A DNA stretch of 53,080 nt from Candidatus Aerophobota bacterium (GCA_021158005.1 JAGGVN010000096.1:1-53080); one strand, 5' to 3'; counted from the stretch's first letter, positions 8,522-18,985 are shown. The notes: generated from the sequence alone by a model not told the origin. Translations and numbers: made by a program.

Positions 8522-9897
8522 ATTTATCAAAAATTCAATCACTGCATTTTACAGGAATAGGAGGAATAGGAATGAGTGGACTGGCTAAAATCTTTCTGGA
8601 AATGGGATACCGTATTAGTGGGTCGGACCTGGAGGAGAACAAACTCATCCATAACTTAAAAGATAAAGGAGCAATTATTTATAAGGGGCATTCTGGTAAG
8701 TATGTTAAAGATGTTGATGCAGTAGTGGTCTCTTCAGTTATTCCTCCAGATAATCCTGAAGTCCAGGAAGCAAGAAAGAGAAACATTCCTCTTCTCTCTC
8801 GGGGAAAACTTCTTTCCCTTTTTGCTAATAAAAGAAATGCTATTGTAGTTAGCGGCACCTACGGAAAGACTACGACCGCTTCCCTCATTTCTTCAATTCT
8901 CCTTTATGCAGGAAAAGACCCTACAATCATTATTGGCGGAGAATTAAAAGAGATTCAAAGTAATGCTCGGCTCGGAAAGGGTAAGTATACGGTCATTGAG
9001 AGCGATGAATCTGATGGTTCTTTCCTCTTTCTTTTACCAAAAATATCCGTTCTTACTTCCCTGGGGAATGACCATTTAAATTACTATGGATCTCAAGAAA
9101 AACTTTCTCAAGCCTTTGTTCAATTTGTCAGTTCTTTAAAAGAAGGAGGAGGTCTCATAACTAATAATGATGATGCCCGGTTGAGAGAAGTTGTAAGGAA
9201 GGCTTTTCTTTCTTCCGGAGTAAGAGTAATGACTTACGGAATTAATTCTTTAGCCGATGTTACGGCCACAAAGATTGAGTTTAAAAAATTTACCTCTTCT
9301 TATGTGCTCACCTATAAAGGAAAGACTCTGGGGAAAATAAAACTTCCCTTAAGTGGCCTCTACAATATTTATGATTCTTTAGCTTCTGCCGCTGTAGGAA
9401 TAACCCTGGGAATAAGTAAAGATATAATTAGTAGGGCTCTTTTTTCCTTTCAGGGAATAAAGAGAAGATATGAAAAGGTAGGACATACTGCTTCCGATAT
9501 TCTGGTAATTGATGATTTTGCCTACCATCCTGTGCAAATTAAGGCAGTATTAGAAACATCCCGTAGTTTAAACCGCCGAATAATTGCTATCTTTCAACCT
9601 CACCGCTATACCCGAACCAAACTTCTTCTACCCCAGTTAATTCATTCTTTAAAGGAAGTAGACGAATTAATTTTAACCCAGATCTATTCTGCAGGAGAAA
9701 AACCTATTCCCGGAATTGATGGAAAATTACTCTTTGATAATCTTAAAAAAGAGAGAAATAAACCTACATTTTACCTTCCTATAAAAGAAGAAATTCCCAA
9801 TTTTTTAAAAAAAAGAGCAAGGAAAGGAGACCTTATTATTACTCTGGGTGCTGGAGATATAAGAAAAATTGGAGAAGATTACTTGGCTAAAAATTAA
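8518..9897 (+). CDS. murC: UDP-N-acetylmuramate--amino acid ligase MurC (divergent)
   Basis: GIGGIGMSGLA, GSD, GKTTT, DESDGSF, FQPHRYTRT, GAGDI. Confidence 0.92.
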   Translation: MNLSKIQSLHFTGIGGIGMSGLAKIFLEMGYRISGSDLEENKLIHNLKDKGAIIYKGHSGKYVKDVDAVVVSSVIPPDNPEVQEARKRNIPLLSRGKLLSLFANKRNAIVVSGTYGKTTTASLISSILLYAGKDPTIIIGGELKEIQSNARLGKGKYTVIESDESDGSFLFLLPKISVLTSLGNDHLNYYGSQEKLSQAFVQFVSSLKEGGGLITNNDDARLREVVRKAFLSSGVRVMTYGINSLADVTATKIEFKKFTSSYVLTYKGKTLGKIKLPLSGLYNIYDSLASAAVGITLGISKDIISRALFSFQGIKRRYEKVGHTASDILVIDDFAYHPVQIKAVLETSRSLNRRIIAIFQPHRYTRTKLLLPQLIHSLKEVDELILTQIYSAGEKPIPGIDGKLLFDNLKKERNKPTFYLPIKEEIPNFLKKRARKGDLIITLGAGDIRKIGEDYLAKN

Positions 9898-9916
9898 GTG
9901 TCTATTTTCTTTTTTC

Positions 9917-9945
9917 TTGCTTTTTATGGGGAACTTATGTATACT
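9917..9945 (+). promoter_or_regulatory. sigma70-type promoter for hflKC-ruvB
   Basis: TTGCTT-17 nt-TATACT; AGGAGGT Shine-Dalgarno before hflK. Confidence 0.6.
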
Positions 9946-9998
9946 TATAAGGAGGTTTTAAGAAGGGAACCAAAAATATTAAAAATCAGGAGGTGTAA

Positions 9999-10979
9999 AT
10001 GGTGTATAAAAAAGCTAATGAAGGTGATGCCGATTTTTCGGGTTACCCTTCTAAAAGATGGATTGGATTTGGTATTGTGGGGATTATTATCGTAATTGTT
10101 CTCTTAAGTACTTTTTACTCTGTGGGACCTGATGAGGAAGGAGTAATTAAAAGATTTGGACGATACACAAGAACAGTTGGACCGGGACTACATTTTAAGA
10201 TTCCTTTTGTAGAAACAGTAATGAAGGTTAAAGTTAAATACATCTTTAAAGAGGAATTTGGATTTCGTACCTTAAAAGCAGGAGTAAAGACTATTTATGC
10301 TCCCGGAGATTATAGCGAAGAATCCTTAATGCTCACCGGTGATTTAAATGTGGGGGTAGTAGAATGGGTGGTTCAATATAAGGTGAAAGATCCCTTAGCT
10401 TTCCTCTTTAATGTCCGAGACCAAGAGGAGACAATTAGGGCTATTTCTGAGGCTTCTATGCGGCAAATAGTGGGAGATAGAAGTATTGATGAAATACTCA
10501 CTATAGGGCGAATAGAAGCGGGACAGAAAGCCCAGGAAAAATTACAAAGTATCCTCGACTCTTACAGAATGGGTATTCAGATAGTAACGGTCAAACTAAA
10601 AGATGTTAATCCTCCAGATCCGGTAAAACCTTCTTTTAATGAGGTTAATGAAGCCCGACAGGAGAGAGAAAGAACTATAAATGAGGCCTGGCAGGCCTAC
10701 AATAAAATTATCCCCAAAGCTAAGGGAGAAGCAGAAAAGATGATTAGTACTGCCGAAGGATATGCAATAAATAGAATAAACAGAGCTCTGGGAGAAGCTA
10801 ACAAATTCTTAGCTATCTGGGAAGAGTATAGAAAATCTCCGGAAGTTACCAAAAAAAGATTTTACCTGGAAACTTTAAATGAAGTTCTCCCCAAAATAGG
10901 CAAAAAATATATCCTGGACACAGAGGAAAAAGAAATTTTACCTCTTTTGCCTCTCGGGGAAATAGGAGGTAAAAAATGA
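9999..10979 (+). CDS. hflK: FtsH protease modulator HflK
   Basis: N-terminal TM plus SPFH domain, MLTGDLN, VNPPDPVKPSFNEV, paired with hflC. Confidence 0.93.
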   Translation: MVYKKANEGDADFSGYPSKRWIGFGIVGIIIVIVLLSTFYSVGPDEEGVIKRFGRYTRTVGPGLHFKIPFVETVMKVKVKYIFKEEFGFRTLKAGVKTIYAPGDYSEESLMLTGDLNVGVVEWVVQYKVKDPLAFLFNVRDQEETIRAISEASMRQIVGDRSIDEILTIGRIEAGQKAQEKLQSILDSYRMGIQIVTVKLKDVNPPDPVKPSFNEVNEARQERERTINEAWQAYNKIIPKAKGEAEKMISTAEGYAINRINRALGEANKFLAIWEEYRKSPEVTKKRFYLETLNEVLPKIGKKYILDTEEKEILPLLPLGEIGGKK

Positions 10980-11935
10980 AATGGGGAAAATGGATTTCTA
11001 TAATAATAGTAATTATTATAGCTCTCGTTGTTTTGAACGGAACGCTCTACACCGTGGATCAGGTAGAACAGGTAGTGATTACTCAATTTGGTAAACCCGT
11101 TGGAGGACCCATAATTGAGCCTGGACTCCATATAAAGATACCTTTTATTCAAAAAGTAAATCGTTTTGATAAAAGGCTTTTAAGCTGGGACGGAAGCCCT
11201 ACGCAAATCCCTACTAAAGATAAAAAATATATCTGGGTTGATACTACGGCGCGTTGGAAAATTGTTGACCCTTTAAAATTTTTGCAAGCAACAAGAAATG
11301 AGAGAATAGCTTTAGCCCGTCTTGACGATATTGTAGATTCAGCTACCCGAAACCAGATTACTAAATATATACTCTACGAAGTGGTGAGAAATACCGGGAG
11401 AGAATTTGCTATAGAAGCCGAAATGGGGGTAGAGCTTCCCGAAGAGATGGGAGGAGAAGTTAAGTATGGACGAGAAAAAATATCCCGGGAGATATTGAAA
11501 GAAGCTTCTTCCTCATTTCCTCAATATGGGATGGAGTTAGTAGATGTAAGAATAAAAAGAATTAATTATGTAGAAGATGTGAGACAAAAAGTTTATTCAC
11601 GAATGATTTCTGAGCGAAAAAGAGTAGCTGAACAGTATCGCTCTGAGGGTATGGGAGAAAAGGAAAGAATTGAAGGGTTAAAAGAAAAAGAGCTAAAGAG
11701 AATTATCTCTGAAGCTTACAAAAAGGCTCAAGAAATTGAAGGAAGTGCGGATGCAAAAGCTACCAAAATATATGCTGAGGCTTATAATAAAGACCCTGAG
11801 TTTTATTCTTTTTTGAAGACTCTGGAAACTTACAAAAACACTCTTGATGAAAATACCTGGTTAATTCTTTCTTCCGATAGTGAATTTTACAAATACCTAA
11901 AGAGTATTCCCCTGGAAAAAACTTCTCAAAAGTGA
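10976..11935 (+). CDS. hflC: FtsH protease modulator HflC
   Basis: TQFGKP, PGLHIKIPFIQ, DVRIKR, RMISER, DPEFYSF. Confidence 0.94.
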   Translation: MKWGKWISIIIVIIIALVVLNGTLYTVDQVEQVVITQFGKPVGGPIIEPGLHIKIPFIQKVNRFDKRLLSWDGSPTQIPTKDKKYIWVDTTARWKIVDPLKFLQATRNERIALARLDDIVDSATRNQITKYILYEVVRNTGREFAIEAEMGVELPEEMGGEVKYGREKISREILKEASSSFPQYGMELVDVRIKRINYVEDVRQKVYSRMISERKRVAEQYRSEGMGEKERIEGLKEKELKRIISEAYKKAQEIEGSADAKATKIYAEAYNKDPEFYSFLKTLETYKNTLDENTWLILSSDSEFYKYLKSIPLEKTSQK

Positions 11936-11938
11936 AAA

Positions 11939-12967
11939 ATGAAAGAAGGAATCACTACTCCCGAATTACAGGTAGAAGAGGGTAGTTTTGAGATTGCTCT
12001 TCGTCCGCGGATAATGAGTGAATTCGTAGGACAAACCAAGATAAAAAAAAATTTAAAGATATTTATTCAGGCCGCTCGTGAAAGAGGAGACCCCTTGGAC
12101 CATACTCTTCTTTACGGTCCTCCCGGATTAGGAAAAACTACCTTAGCCCATATCATTGCCCGGGAAATGAATGGTAAAATTTCCTCCACGAGCGGTTCGG
12201 CCATTGATCGACCAGGGGATCTGGCTAAAATTCTTACCAATGCTGATCTTCAAGACGGTGACATACTCTTTATTGATGAAATTCATCGTCTTTCTCCTCA
12301 GGTAGAAGAAGTTCTTTATTCAGCAATGGAAGACTTTAAAGTAGATATAATTTTAGGGAAAGGAACAGGAACACGCTCAGTAAAAATTCCCCTTCCTCGA
12401 TTTACCCTGGTGGGAGCTACTACTCGTGCTGGTCTTCTTACTTCTCCCCTGCGCAACCGTTTTGGGGTGATAAGTCGGTTAGATTTTTACGAAAACGAGG
12501 AGCTCTGCAAAATCGTTCTTCGTTCAGCTCATATCTTAAAAATAGATATAGAGAAGGAGGGAGCAGAAGAGATTGCTCGCCGATCTCGAGGAACACCTCG
12601 CATCGCTAATCGTCTTCTTCGAAGAATAAGAGATTATGCTCAGGTAAGAGGAGAAGGAACTATTACTAAAGAAATCGCCAGAGAAGCCTTAGTTATGTTA
12701 GAAGTAGATGAGAGAGGCTTAGATGCTATGGACCGGAAAATTTTGAAAGCTCTGGTCTTTAAATTTGGAGGAGGGCCTGTAGGATTAAAGACTCTTGCTA
12801 TGGTAGTCAATGAAGAGCCTGACACCCTGGAAGAGGTCTATGAACCTTATCTGGTCAGAGAAGGATTAATTAACAGAACTCCCAAGGGAAGAATAGCCAC
12901 TACCCTTCTCTATAAATATTTAGGAAAGGAAAAGGAGGAGATTAAGCAGGAAGAATTACCTTTTTAA
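11939..12967 (+). CDS. ruvB: Holliday junction branch migration helicase RuvB
   Basis: [46 protein letters not shown]. Confidence 0.98.
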   Translation: MKEGITTPELQVEEGSFEIALRPRIMSEFVGQTKIKKNLKIFIQAARERGDPLDHTLLYGPPGLGKTTLAHIIAREMNGKISSTSGSAIDRPGDLAKILTNADLQDGDILFIDEIHRLSPQVEEVLYSAMEDFKVDIILGKGTGTRSVKIPLPRFTLVGATTRAGLLTSPLRNRFGVISRLDFYENEELCKIVLRSAHILKIDIEKEGAEEIARRSRGTPRIANRLLRRIRDYAQVRGEGTITKEIAREALVMLEVDERGLDAMDRKILKALVFKFGGGPVGLKTLAMVVNEEPDTLEEVYEPYLVREGLINRTPKGRIATTLLYKYLGKEKEEIKQEELPF

Positions 12968-12996
12968 AAGAGAGATGAGAGGAGGTAAGATGAGCA

Positions 12997-14211
12997 ATGA
13001 ATAGAGAAACAATTAAGGAGTTACAATCCCGGCGACTAAAAAAGATTCTTGAATATGTCTACGAAAATAATTCCCTGTATAGGAAAAAATTTAGACTTAG
13101 AGGATTAAAACCTACCAGTATTAAGTCCTCTGAAGACTTAAGTAAATTGTTCTTCACTACCAAAAAAGAGCTAAGAGATGCTTATCCTTTTGGCTTCTTA
13201 TGCGTTCCTAAGGAAAAAATTGTTAGAATACAGATGAGTGGAGGAACAACGGGCTCACCGGTTATTATCCCTTATTCTCAGGAAGATGTTGAGCAGTGGA
13301 AAGAAATGATGGTAAGAGACTTTAAACTTGCTGGTGTTACCCGAAAGGATGTAATTCAGATAGCACCAGCTTTTGGTTTGTGGAATGGAGGATTTGGATT
13401 TCACTTCGGGGCAGAAGCTATTGGATGCTTCATTATTCCTATAGGACCCGGAAATACTAGAAATCAACTACGGTTTATGAAAGACTTTGGTACCAGTGTA
13501 TTCTGTTCTACAGCTTCCTATCCTCTTAGACTGGCTGAGGTAGCTGAGGAAATAGGATTCGATTTAAGAGAGTTAAAGCTAAAAAAGATGATTCTGGGAG
13601 CTGAACCCTGGTCTGAAGCAATGAGAAAAAAAATAGAGAATACATTTAATGTGAAAACATTTGATATTCCAGGTCTTACAGAAATGGGAGGGGTAGGTTG
13701 CACTGGTATGGAATGTGCTTTTCACGAAGGAATTCATATATGGGAAGATCAATATATCGTGGAAGTAGTCGACCCTGATACAGGAGAAATATTAGAGGAA
13801 GGGAAAGAGGGTGAACTTGTTTATACCACTCTTACAAGATACGCTATGCCCTTAATTAGATATAGAAGTGGGGAGATATCCTCTATTTTAAGTAAAGAGA
13901 GATGTAAATGTGGACTTTCATTTATGAGAATAGCCAGAATAAAAGGAAGAACAGACGATATGATTATCTATAAAGGGGTAAAATTTTATCCTTCCGAAGT
14001 AGAAGAAATTCTTGCAAAATATAATATTTCCCAATATCAATTAGTTATCTCTAAGGAAATAAAGCTCCTTATAGAATCTTCCTATAATGATATTTCAAAA
14101 ATCAATGAAGATATCAAGGAATTTATTGGTTTTATGCCTCAAATAGAGCTACTACCTCCCCGCACGTTAAAGAGATACGATGGAAAAACACCCAGAATAG
14201 TAAGAAAATAG
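12997..14211 (+). CDS. paaK: phenylacetate--CoA ligase family protein
   Basis: LRDAYPFG, SGGTTG, GAEPWSE, GELVYTTL, GRTDDMII; next to iorAB. Confidence 0.85.
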   Translation: MNRETIKELQSRRLKKILEYVYENNSLYRKKFRLRGLKPTSIKSSEDLSKLFFTTKKELRDAYPFGFLCVPKEKIVRIQMSGGTTGSPVIIPYSQEDVEQWKEMMVRDFKLAGVTRKDVIQIAPAFGLWNGGFGFHFGAEAIGCFIIPIGPGNTRNQLRFMKDFGTSVFCSTASYPLRLAEVAEEIGFDLRELKLKKMILGAEPWSEAMRKKIENTFNVKTFDIPGLTEMGGVGCTGMECAFHEGIHIWEDQYIVEVVDPDTGEILEEGKEGELVYTTLTRYAMPLIRYRSGEISSILSKERCKCGLSFMRIARIKGRTDDMIIYKGVKFYPSEVEEILAKYNISQYQLVISKEIKLLIESSYNDISKINEDIKEFIGFMPQIELLPPRTLKRYDGKTPRIVRK

Positions 14212-14220
14212 TGAATTTAA

Positions 14221-14814
14221 CTATGATTTATAGGTTAAGTAAAAATTTACTCCTTTTTCAAATGCTCTGAGGTTAGCTTCAATTAATTTTTCTGGAACCA
14301 ATTCTTTTATAGCTTGAATAATCGTCTTCTTCTCAAGAGGTAAATAGTTTGTCAGTACACCAAGCATAACCATATTAACAGTCATAATACTTCCCGATTC
14401 TCTAGCTAATTTCAGAGCATTCAAAATGATTACCTTTCCAAAAACCTCCTTAATTTTACTCATAAGATAATTAACATCAGGATAGGTAAATTTCCCGGGG
14501 AAAACACAAGAAGGAGGAATAATCTTTTCTGTATTAATAATGGCTATACCTTTCCTGGAAAGAAAATGAGAATATCTAAGTGCTTCTATCGGTTCAAATC
14601 CTAATAAAGCATCAGCTTTCTTCTTAGGTATAAGAGGTCCAAATTCTGTCCCTATTCTTATATGAGTTTCTACAGAACCTCCTCTCTGTGCCATTCCGTG
14701 AGTCTCGGCAGCTAAAATCTTCTTTCCTTCCTTTATACACGCTCTACCGATAACATTTGTTGTAAAAATTATCCCCTGTCCTCCTACCCCAGCAATAATA
14801 AGATCAAACTTCAT
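14221..14814 (-). CDS. iorB: indolepyruvate:ferredoxin oxidoreductase beta subunit
   Basis: GVGGQG, ETHGMAQRGGSV, NMVMLG. Confidence 0.93.
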   Translation of the reverse strand: MKFDLIIAGVGGQGIIFTTNVIGRACIKEGKKILAAETHGMAQRGGSVETHIRIGTEFGPLIPKKKADALLGFEPIEALRYSHFLSRKGIAIINTEKIIPPSCVFPGKFTYPDVNYLMSKIKEVFGKVIILNALKLARESGSIMTVNMVMLGVLTNYLPLEKKTIIQAIKELVPEKLIEANLRAFEKGVNFYLTYKS

Positions 14815-16597
14815 TATTTTTCTTCCTTATGGAATTGACAGGGCAAATCTGGGCACATACTCCACACCCTGAACATTGTTCATTGATTTGTGCTTTTTCT
14901 CCATTCCACTCTATTGCTGGACAACCAAATTTCAGACACTTTTGGCAGCCAATACACTCCTCTGTAACTTCAAATCGCACCCTTTTCATATCCAACTTTT
15001 TGGCAAGAAGTGCACATACTCGCTTTGCAATAACCACTCTTACTCCGCTTTCCTCTTTTACTCTCTTAAACACCTTGATAGATTCAGTTAAGTTATAAGG
15101 ATCAATTGTTTCCACATAACTAACTCCGCAAGCTCTGACAATCTTTTCAAAAGAGACCTTATGGGTTTTCTCGCCCTGGGCGGTAATACCCGTCCCTGGA
15201 TGAGGTTGATATCCAGTCATTGCTGTTGTCTCATTATCTAAAATGACGACAACTATACGGGAGTTATTATAGACAGCATTAATGAGACCAGGAATACCGG
15301 TATGTAAAAAGGTAGAATCTCCAATGGTGCATACTATTTCTCTTTTCTCACCTGATTTATATAATCCGGAAGAGATAGTAATACTTGCTCCCATACAAAG
15401 GCAGGTATCTACACCTCCCATCTGAAGGCCCAAAGTATAGCACCCAATATCACTGGGATAAATAGCTTTCTTCCCAAAGACCTGCGATATTGCGTAAAAA
15501 GTGGCTCTATGGGGACATCCTGCACAAAGGACAGGGGGTCTGGGAGGAAGTAGTTTATCTAAATCTGGTAAAATGCTTTTTTCTTCAAAAGGCCTTCGGA
15601 AAATTTTACTTAAGACTTCCTTTACAGTATCAGGAGAAAATTCCCCTGTTTCCGGAACATCTCCGGTAAGTTTTCCCCATATGTGTAAATCCTGCTTTTT
15701 TGTGTATACTCTTACAAACTCCTCAACAAAAGGAGTAAGCTCCTCAATAATTAAAACTCTGTTAAGCTTCTCCAGAAACTTATTTATCATATTCTCTGAG
15801 GGGGGATAAGCTCCGATCTTCAAGAAGGAAGCCTCTATCCCCAGAGAAGCTACTGCCTCTTTTGCGTATAAATAAGATACACCAGAAGTAATAATGCCAA
15901 ATCTTGAATTAGACTCTTCTAATTTGTTGTAAGGTAACTTTTCAAGAGCTTCCTTAATATGTTTCTGTTTTTTACTCAATTTCACACGTAGTCTCCTCGT
16001 ATGGGCAGGAATTACCACCCATTGAGACGAATTTTTCTCAAATTTACCCGAGAAATTTTTCTTTCTCTCCATTTTAATCTCTACACTGGACCTCGTATGA
16101 GAAATCCTTGTAGTTGAACGGAGCATAACAGGGATATTTAATCCTTCTGATAGCTCAAAAGAGTAAGAGGCCATTCTATTTGCTTCCTCAGGAGAAGAGG
16201 GATCAAGGCAGGGTATTTGAGCAAACTTTGCATATATTCGAGAATCTTGTTCATTTTGAGAAGAATGAGAAAAAGGGTCATCAGCAACCACAAGAACAAA
16301 ACCCCCTTTTATACCTGTATAAGCAAGACTCATAAGGGGATCGGAGGCTACATTAAGGCCAACATGTTTCATAATGACCGCTACTCTTTTTCCTCCCCAG
16401 GAGGAGCCTATTGCATTCTCTAAAGCTACTTTTTCGTTTGTTGACCATTCTACATAAAATCTATATTTCCCGGAAAGCTCAATCAATTTTTCCATAATCT
16501 CTGAGGAGGGAGTTCCTGGATAAGCATAAGCCCCTTCTACTCCTCCTTCCACTAAACCATAGGCAATAGCCTCGTTCCCTAATAAAAATTTAATAAT
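14804..16597 (-). CDS. iorA: indolepyruvate:ferredoxin oxidoreductase alpha subunit (probable ATT start, upstream of the ORF-track GTG at 16552)
   Basis: LLGNEAIA, YPGTPSSE, NEKVA, MKHVGLNVA, SSQNEQD, CAGCPHR, DIGCY, GDSTF, C-terminal ferredoxin motifs. Confidence 0.93.
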   Translation of the reverse strand: MIKFLLGNEAIAYGLVEGGVEGAYAYPGTPSSEIMEKLIELSGKYRFYVEWSTNEKVALENAIGSSWGGKRVAVIMKHVGLNVASDPLMSLAYTGIKGGFVLVVADDPFSHSSQNEQDSRIYAKFAQIPCLDPSSPEEANRMASYSFELSEGLNIPVMLRSTTRISHTRSSVEIKMERKKNFSGKFEKNSSQWVVIPAHTRRLRVKLSKKQKHIKEALEKLPYNKLEESNSRFGIITSGVSYLYAKEAVASLGIEASFLKIGAYPPSENMINKFLEKLNRVLIIEELTPFVEEFVRVYTKKQDLHIWGKLTGDVPETGEFSPDTVKEVLSKIFRRPFEEKSILPDLDKLLPPRPPVLCAGCPHRATFYAISQVFGKKAIYPSDIGCYTLGLQMGGVDTCLCMGASITISSGLYKSGEKREIVCTIGDSTFLHTGIPGLINAVYNNSRIVVVILDNETTAMTGYQPHPGTGITAQGEKTHKVSFEKIVRACGVSYVETIDPYNLTESIKVFKRVKEESGVRVVIAKRVCALLAKKLDMKRVRFEVTEECIGCQKCLKFGCPAIEWNGEKAQINEQCSGCGVCAQICPVNSIRKKNNEV

Positions 16598-16655
16598 CTT
16601 CTTCCTCCTTTATTAAGAAAACCATTCCGTAAAATTAGTTAGATGGCAAAAATTA

Positions 16656-18383
16656 TTACTTTTTACAAAGTAACTTTGAAAGTTCATTTAAGGTAAGCGT
16701 ATTTATAACATCTTTTTTCTCTAACCAGCCACGGCGAGCAGTAATTACCCCAAGGGAAATCATATCTAATCCTTCTTTATGATGAGCATCAGTATTTATG
16801 ACCAATTTTATCCCTCTTTTTTTTGCTTCCATAATCCAGACATCTGTCAAATCTAATCTCTGAGGCTGAGCATTTATCTCCAGCCATATACCTCTATCTT
16901 TAGCCACCTCTAATACCTTTTCCATATTGAGAGAATAAGCTTCTCTTTCTCCCAGCAAGCGTCCGGTAGGATGAGCCAGAATTTGCGCATAGGGATTCTG
17001 CATCGCTTTAATTATCCTGTTAGTTATTGTCTCCCTGTCCTGCTTAAAACCTGTATGAAGAGCAATTATTACTATATCTAATCTTCTCAATATCTCATCA
17101 GGATAATCCAGGGTTCCATCTTTAAGGATATCTACCTCGCTCCCTTTGAGAACCTGGAAACCTTTTAAATGTGAATTTATCCTCTCTATTTTTTTTATCT
17201 GAGACAAGAGAGCTTCTCTACTTAAACCTCTACCTACTCTTAAGGATGAAGAATGGTCAGTAATTCCTATATATTCATAATTTTTCTCGCGGGCTTTTTC
17301 TATTAATTCCTCAATAGAGTTACTCCCATCACTTGCTTCTGTATGGATATGAAGGTCCCCTTTAATTTCTCTTTCTTCAATAAGATGAGGTAATTTCCCT
17401 CTCTCTGCTGCTTCAAATTCTCCTCTATTTTCTCTTAACTCCGGGGGAATATAAGAAAGATCCAGATACCTATAAATACCTTCCTCTGTTTCTCCTGCTT
17501 TCTTTTCCCCTTTTTCTGTAAAGACACCATATTCGTTAATTTTTAATCCCCTTTTTATTGCTCTTTCTCTTAAGACGATATTATGAGATTTCGAGCCGGT
17601 GAAATACTGAAGAGCTGCTCCAAAAGAATCAGGTTCTACTACCCGCAAATCTATTTGAAGCCCCTGATGGGTTAGTATACTTGATTTGGTCTCTCCCTTC
17701 GCTAAAACATCTTTAACAAAAGGAAGTTCAACAAAAGAATCTATTACTAAAGAAGGTTTTCGAGAAGAAACGAGAATATCTACATCTCCGATTGTTTCTT
17801 TTCCCCTTCTTAAACTCCCGGCGGTTGATATTCTTTCAATAAGAGAAGAAGCTTTCTTCTTTAATTCCTCCATAACTTCCTTCACCATCGGTAAGGCTTT
17901 TCCTAATAGAATGCGGGAGCGACTCGCTTTATAAAGTTCTATTCCTCTTTTTATATTCTCCTCAGTCTTTGCACCCATACCCGGTAAATGGCGTAATTTC
18001 TGGGAATTAACAAATTTTTCCAGGTCTTCAATATTTTTAATTCCTACCTTTTCATAAAGAAGCTTCACTGTTTTTGGTCCCATTTCCGGGATAGAAAGAA
18101 GTTCTACCACCCCCCGGGGAATCTCCTTTTTTAATTCTTCATAAGCAGGAAGGGTGCCTGTATGAAGAATAGTTCCAATTTTTTCTATCATTCCTTTCCC
18201 TATCCCAGGGATATTCTTAAGCTCTCCTTTTTTATAAAGATTCTCCAGATCTCCGGGAAGATGTTCTATAGCCTCAGCAGCTTTCTCGTAAGCTCTTATT
18301 CTAAAAGGATTTTCTCCTTTAATAGAAAGAAAATCCGCCATTTCTCTAAAAAGTTGACAAATTCTTCTCGAATCTACCTTCAT
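16656..18383 (-). CDS. polX: DNA polymerase X with PHP domain
   Basis: GSLRR, GDVDIL, IDLR, YFTGSK; PHP motifs DLHIHT, TDHS, HPTGR, TDAH. Confidence 0.96.
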   Translation of the reverse strand: MKVDSRRICQLFREMADFLSIKGENPFRIRAYEKAAEAIEHLPGDLENLYKKGELKNIPGIGKGMIEKIGTILHTGTLPAYEELKKEIPRGVVELLSIPEMGPKTVKLLYEKVGIKNIEDLEKFVNSQKLRHLPGMGAKTEENIKRGIELYKASRSRILLGKALPMVKEVMEELKKKASSLIERISTAGSLRRGKETIGDVDILVSSRKPSLVIDSFVELPFVKDVLAKGETKSSILTHQGLQIDLRVVEPDSFGAALQYFTGSKSHNIVLRERAIKRGLKINEYGVFTEKGEKKAGETEEGIYRYLDLSYIPPELRENRGEFEAAERGKLPHLIEEREIKGDLHIHTEASDGSNSIEELIEKAREKNYEYIGITDHSSSLRVGRGLSREALLSQIKKIERINSHLKGFQVLKGSEVDILKDGTLDYPDEILRRLDIVIIALHTGFKQDRETITNRIIKAMQNPYAQILAHPTGRLLGEREAYSLNMEKVLEVAKDRGIWLEINAQPQRLDLTDVWIMEAKKRGIKLVINTDAHHKEGLDMISLGVITARRGWLEKKDVINTLTLNELSKLLCKK

Positions 18384-18985
18384 TCATCATTCTCCTGAAG
18401 AATAAGACAAAATTTATTCCAGAGATTTTCTACTTTATCCCGAAGCTCTTTTATTCCCTCTTTATTTTCAATGATAAAATCAGCTTTCTCCCTCATCTTT
18501 TTCTCAGAGAGTTGAGACTTCATTATCTTCTCTATTTCAAGAATGTTAATCTGCCGACTTTTTTGTGCCCTTTTTAACTTAACTTCATCGGGAGCACTCA
18601 CCATAATAACCTTATCTACCAAAAAATCCCAGCCTGCCTCCAGTAGAATAGCTGCTTCCACTATTATTATTCCCTCTTTCGTTTTATTAATCTCTCTCTT
18701 TATCTCCTCTGCAATTAGAGGATGAAGGATGGAATTTAATTTTTCTAACTTTTCTTTTTCGTTAAAGACTATCTTCCTTAATTTCTGGCGATTTATCCCA
18801 TTCCTTTTATCTAAAATTGATTTACCAAAGATAGAAATAAGTTTTTCCTTTACATCTTCTCTTTTTAAAAGAAAATGTCCCACCTTATCTGCTTCAATTA
18901 TCTTTGCTCCTAATTCTTTAAATATATTAACGGTAGTTGTTTTTCCTGAACCAATATTTCCCGTAACTCCGATAACCATCTTCAT
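18380..18985 (-). CDS. coaE: dephospho-CoA kinase
   Basis: GVTGNIGSGKTT, LNSILHP, ADFIIEN. Confidence 0.95.
   Translation of the reverse strand: MKMVIGVTGNIGSGKTTTVNIFKELGAKIIEADKVGHFLLKREDVKEKLISIFGKSILDKRNGINRQKLRKIVFNEKEKLEKLNSILHPLIAEEIKREINKTKEGIIIVEAAILLEAGWDFLVDKVIMVSAPDEVKLKRAQKSRQINILEIEKIMKSQLSEKKMREKADFIIENKEGIKELRDKVENLWNKFCLILQENDE

Noticed and set aside
9898-10095. 65-aa ORF between murC and hflK
   Set aside because: Covers the hflK promoter and overlaps hflK out of frame
16656-18383. Non-canonical (inactive) PolX
   Set aside because: DxD, the third Asp and the PHP metal ligands are all present
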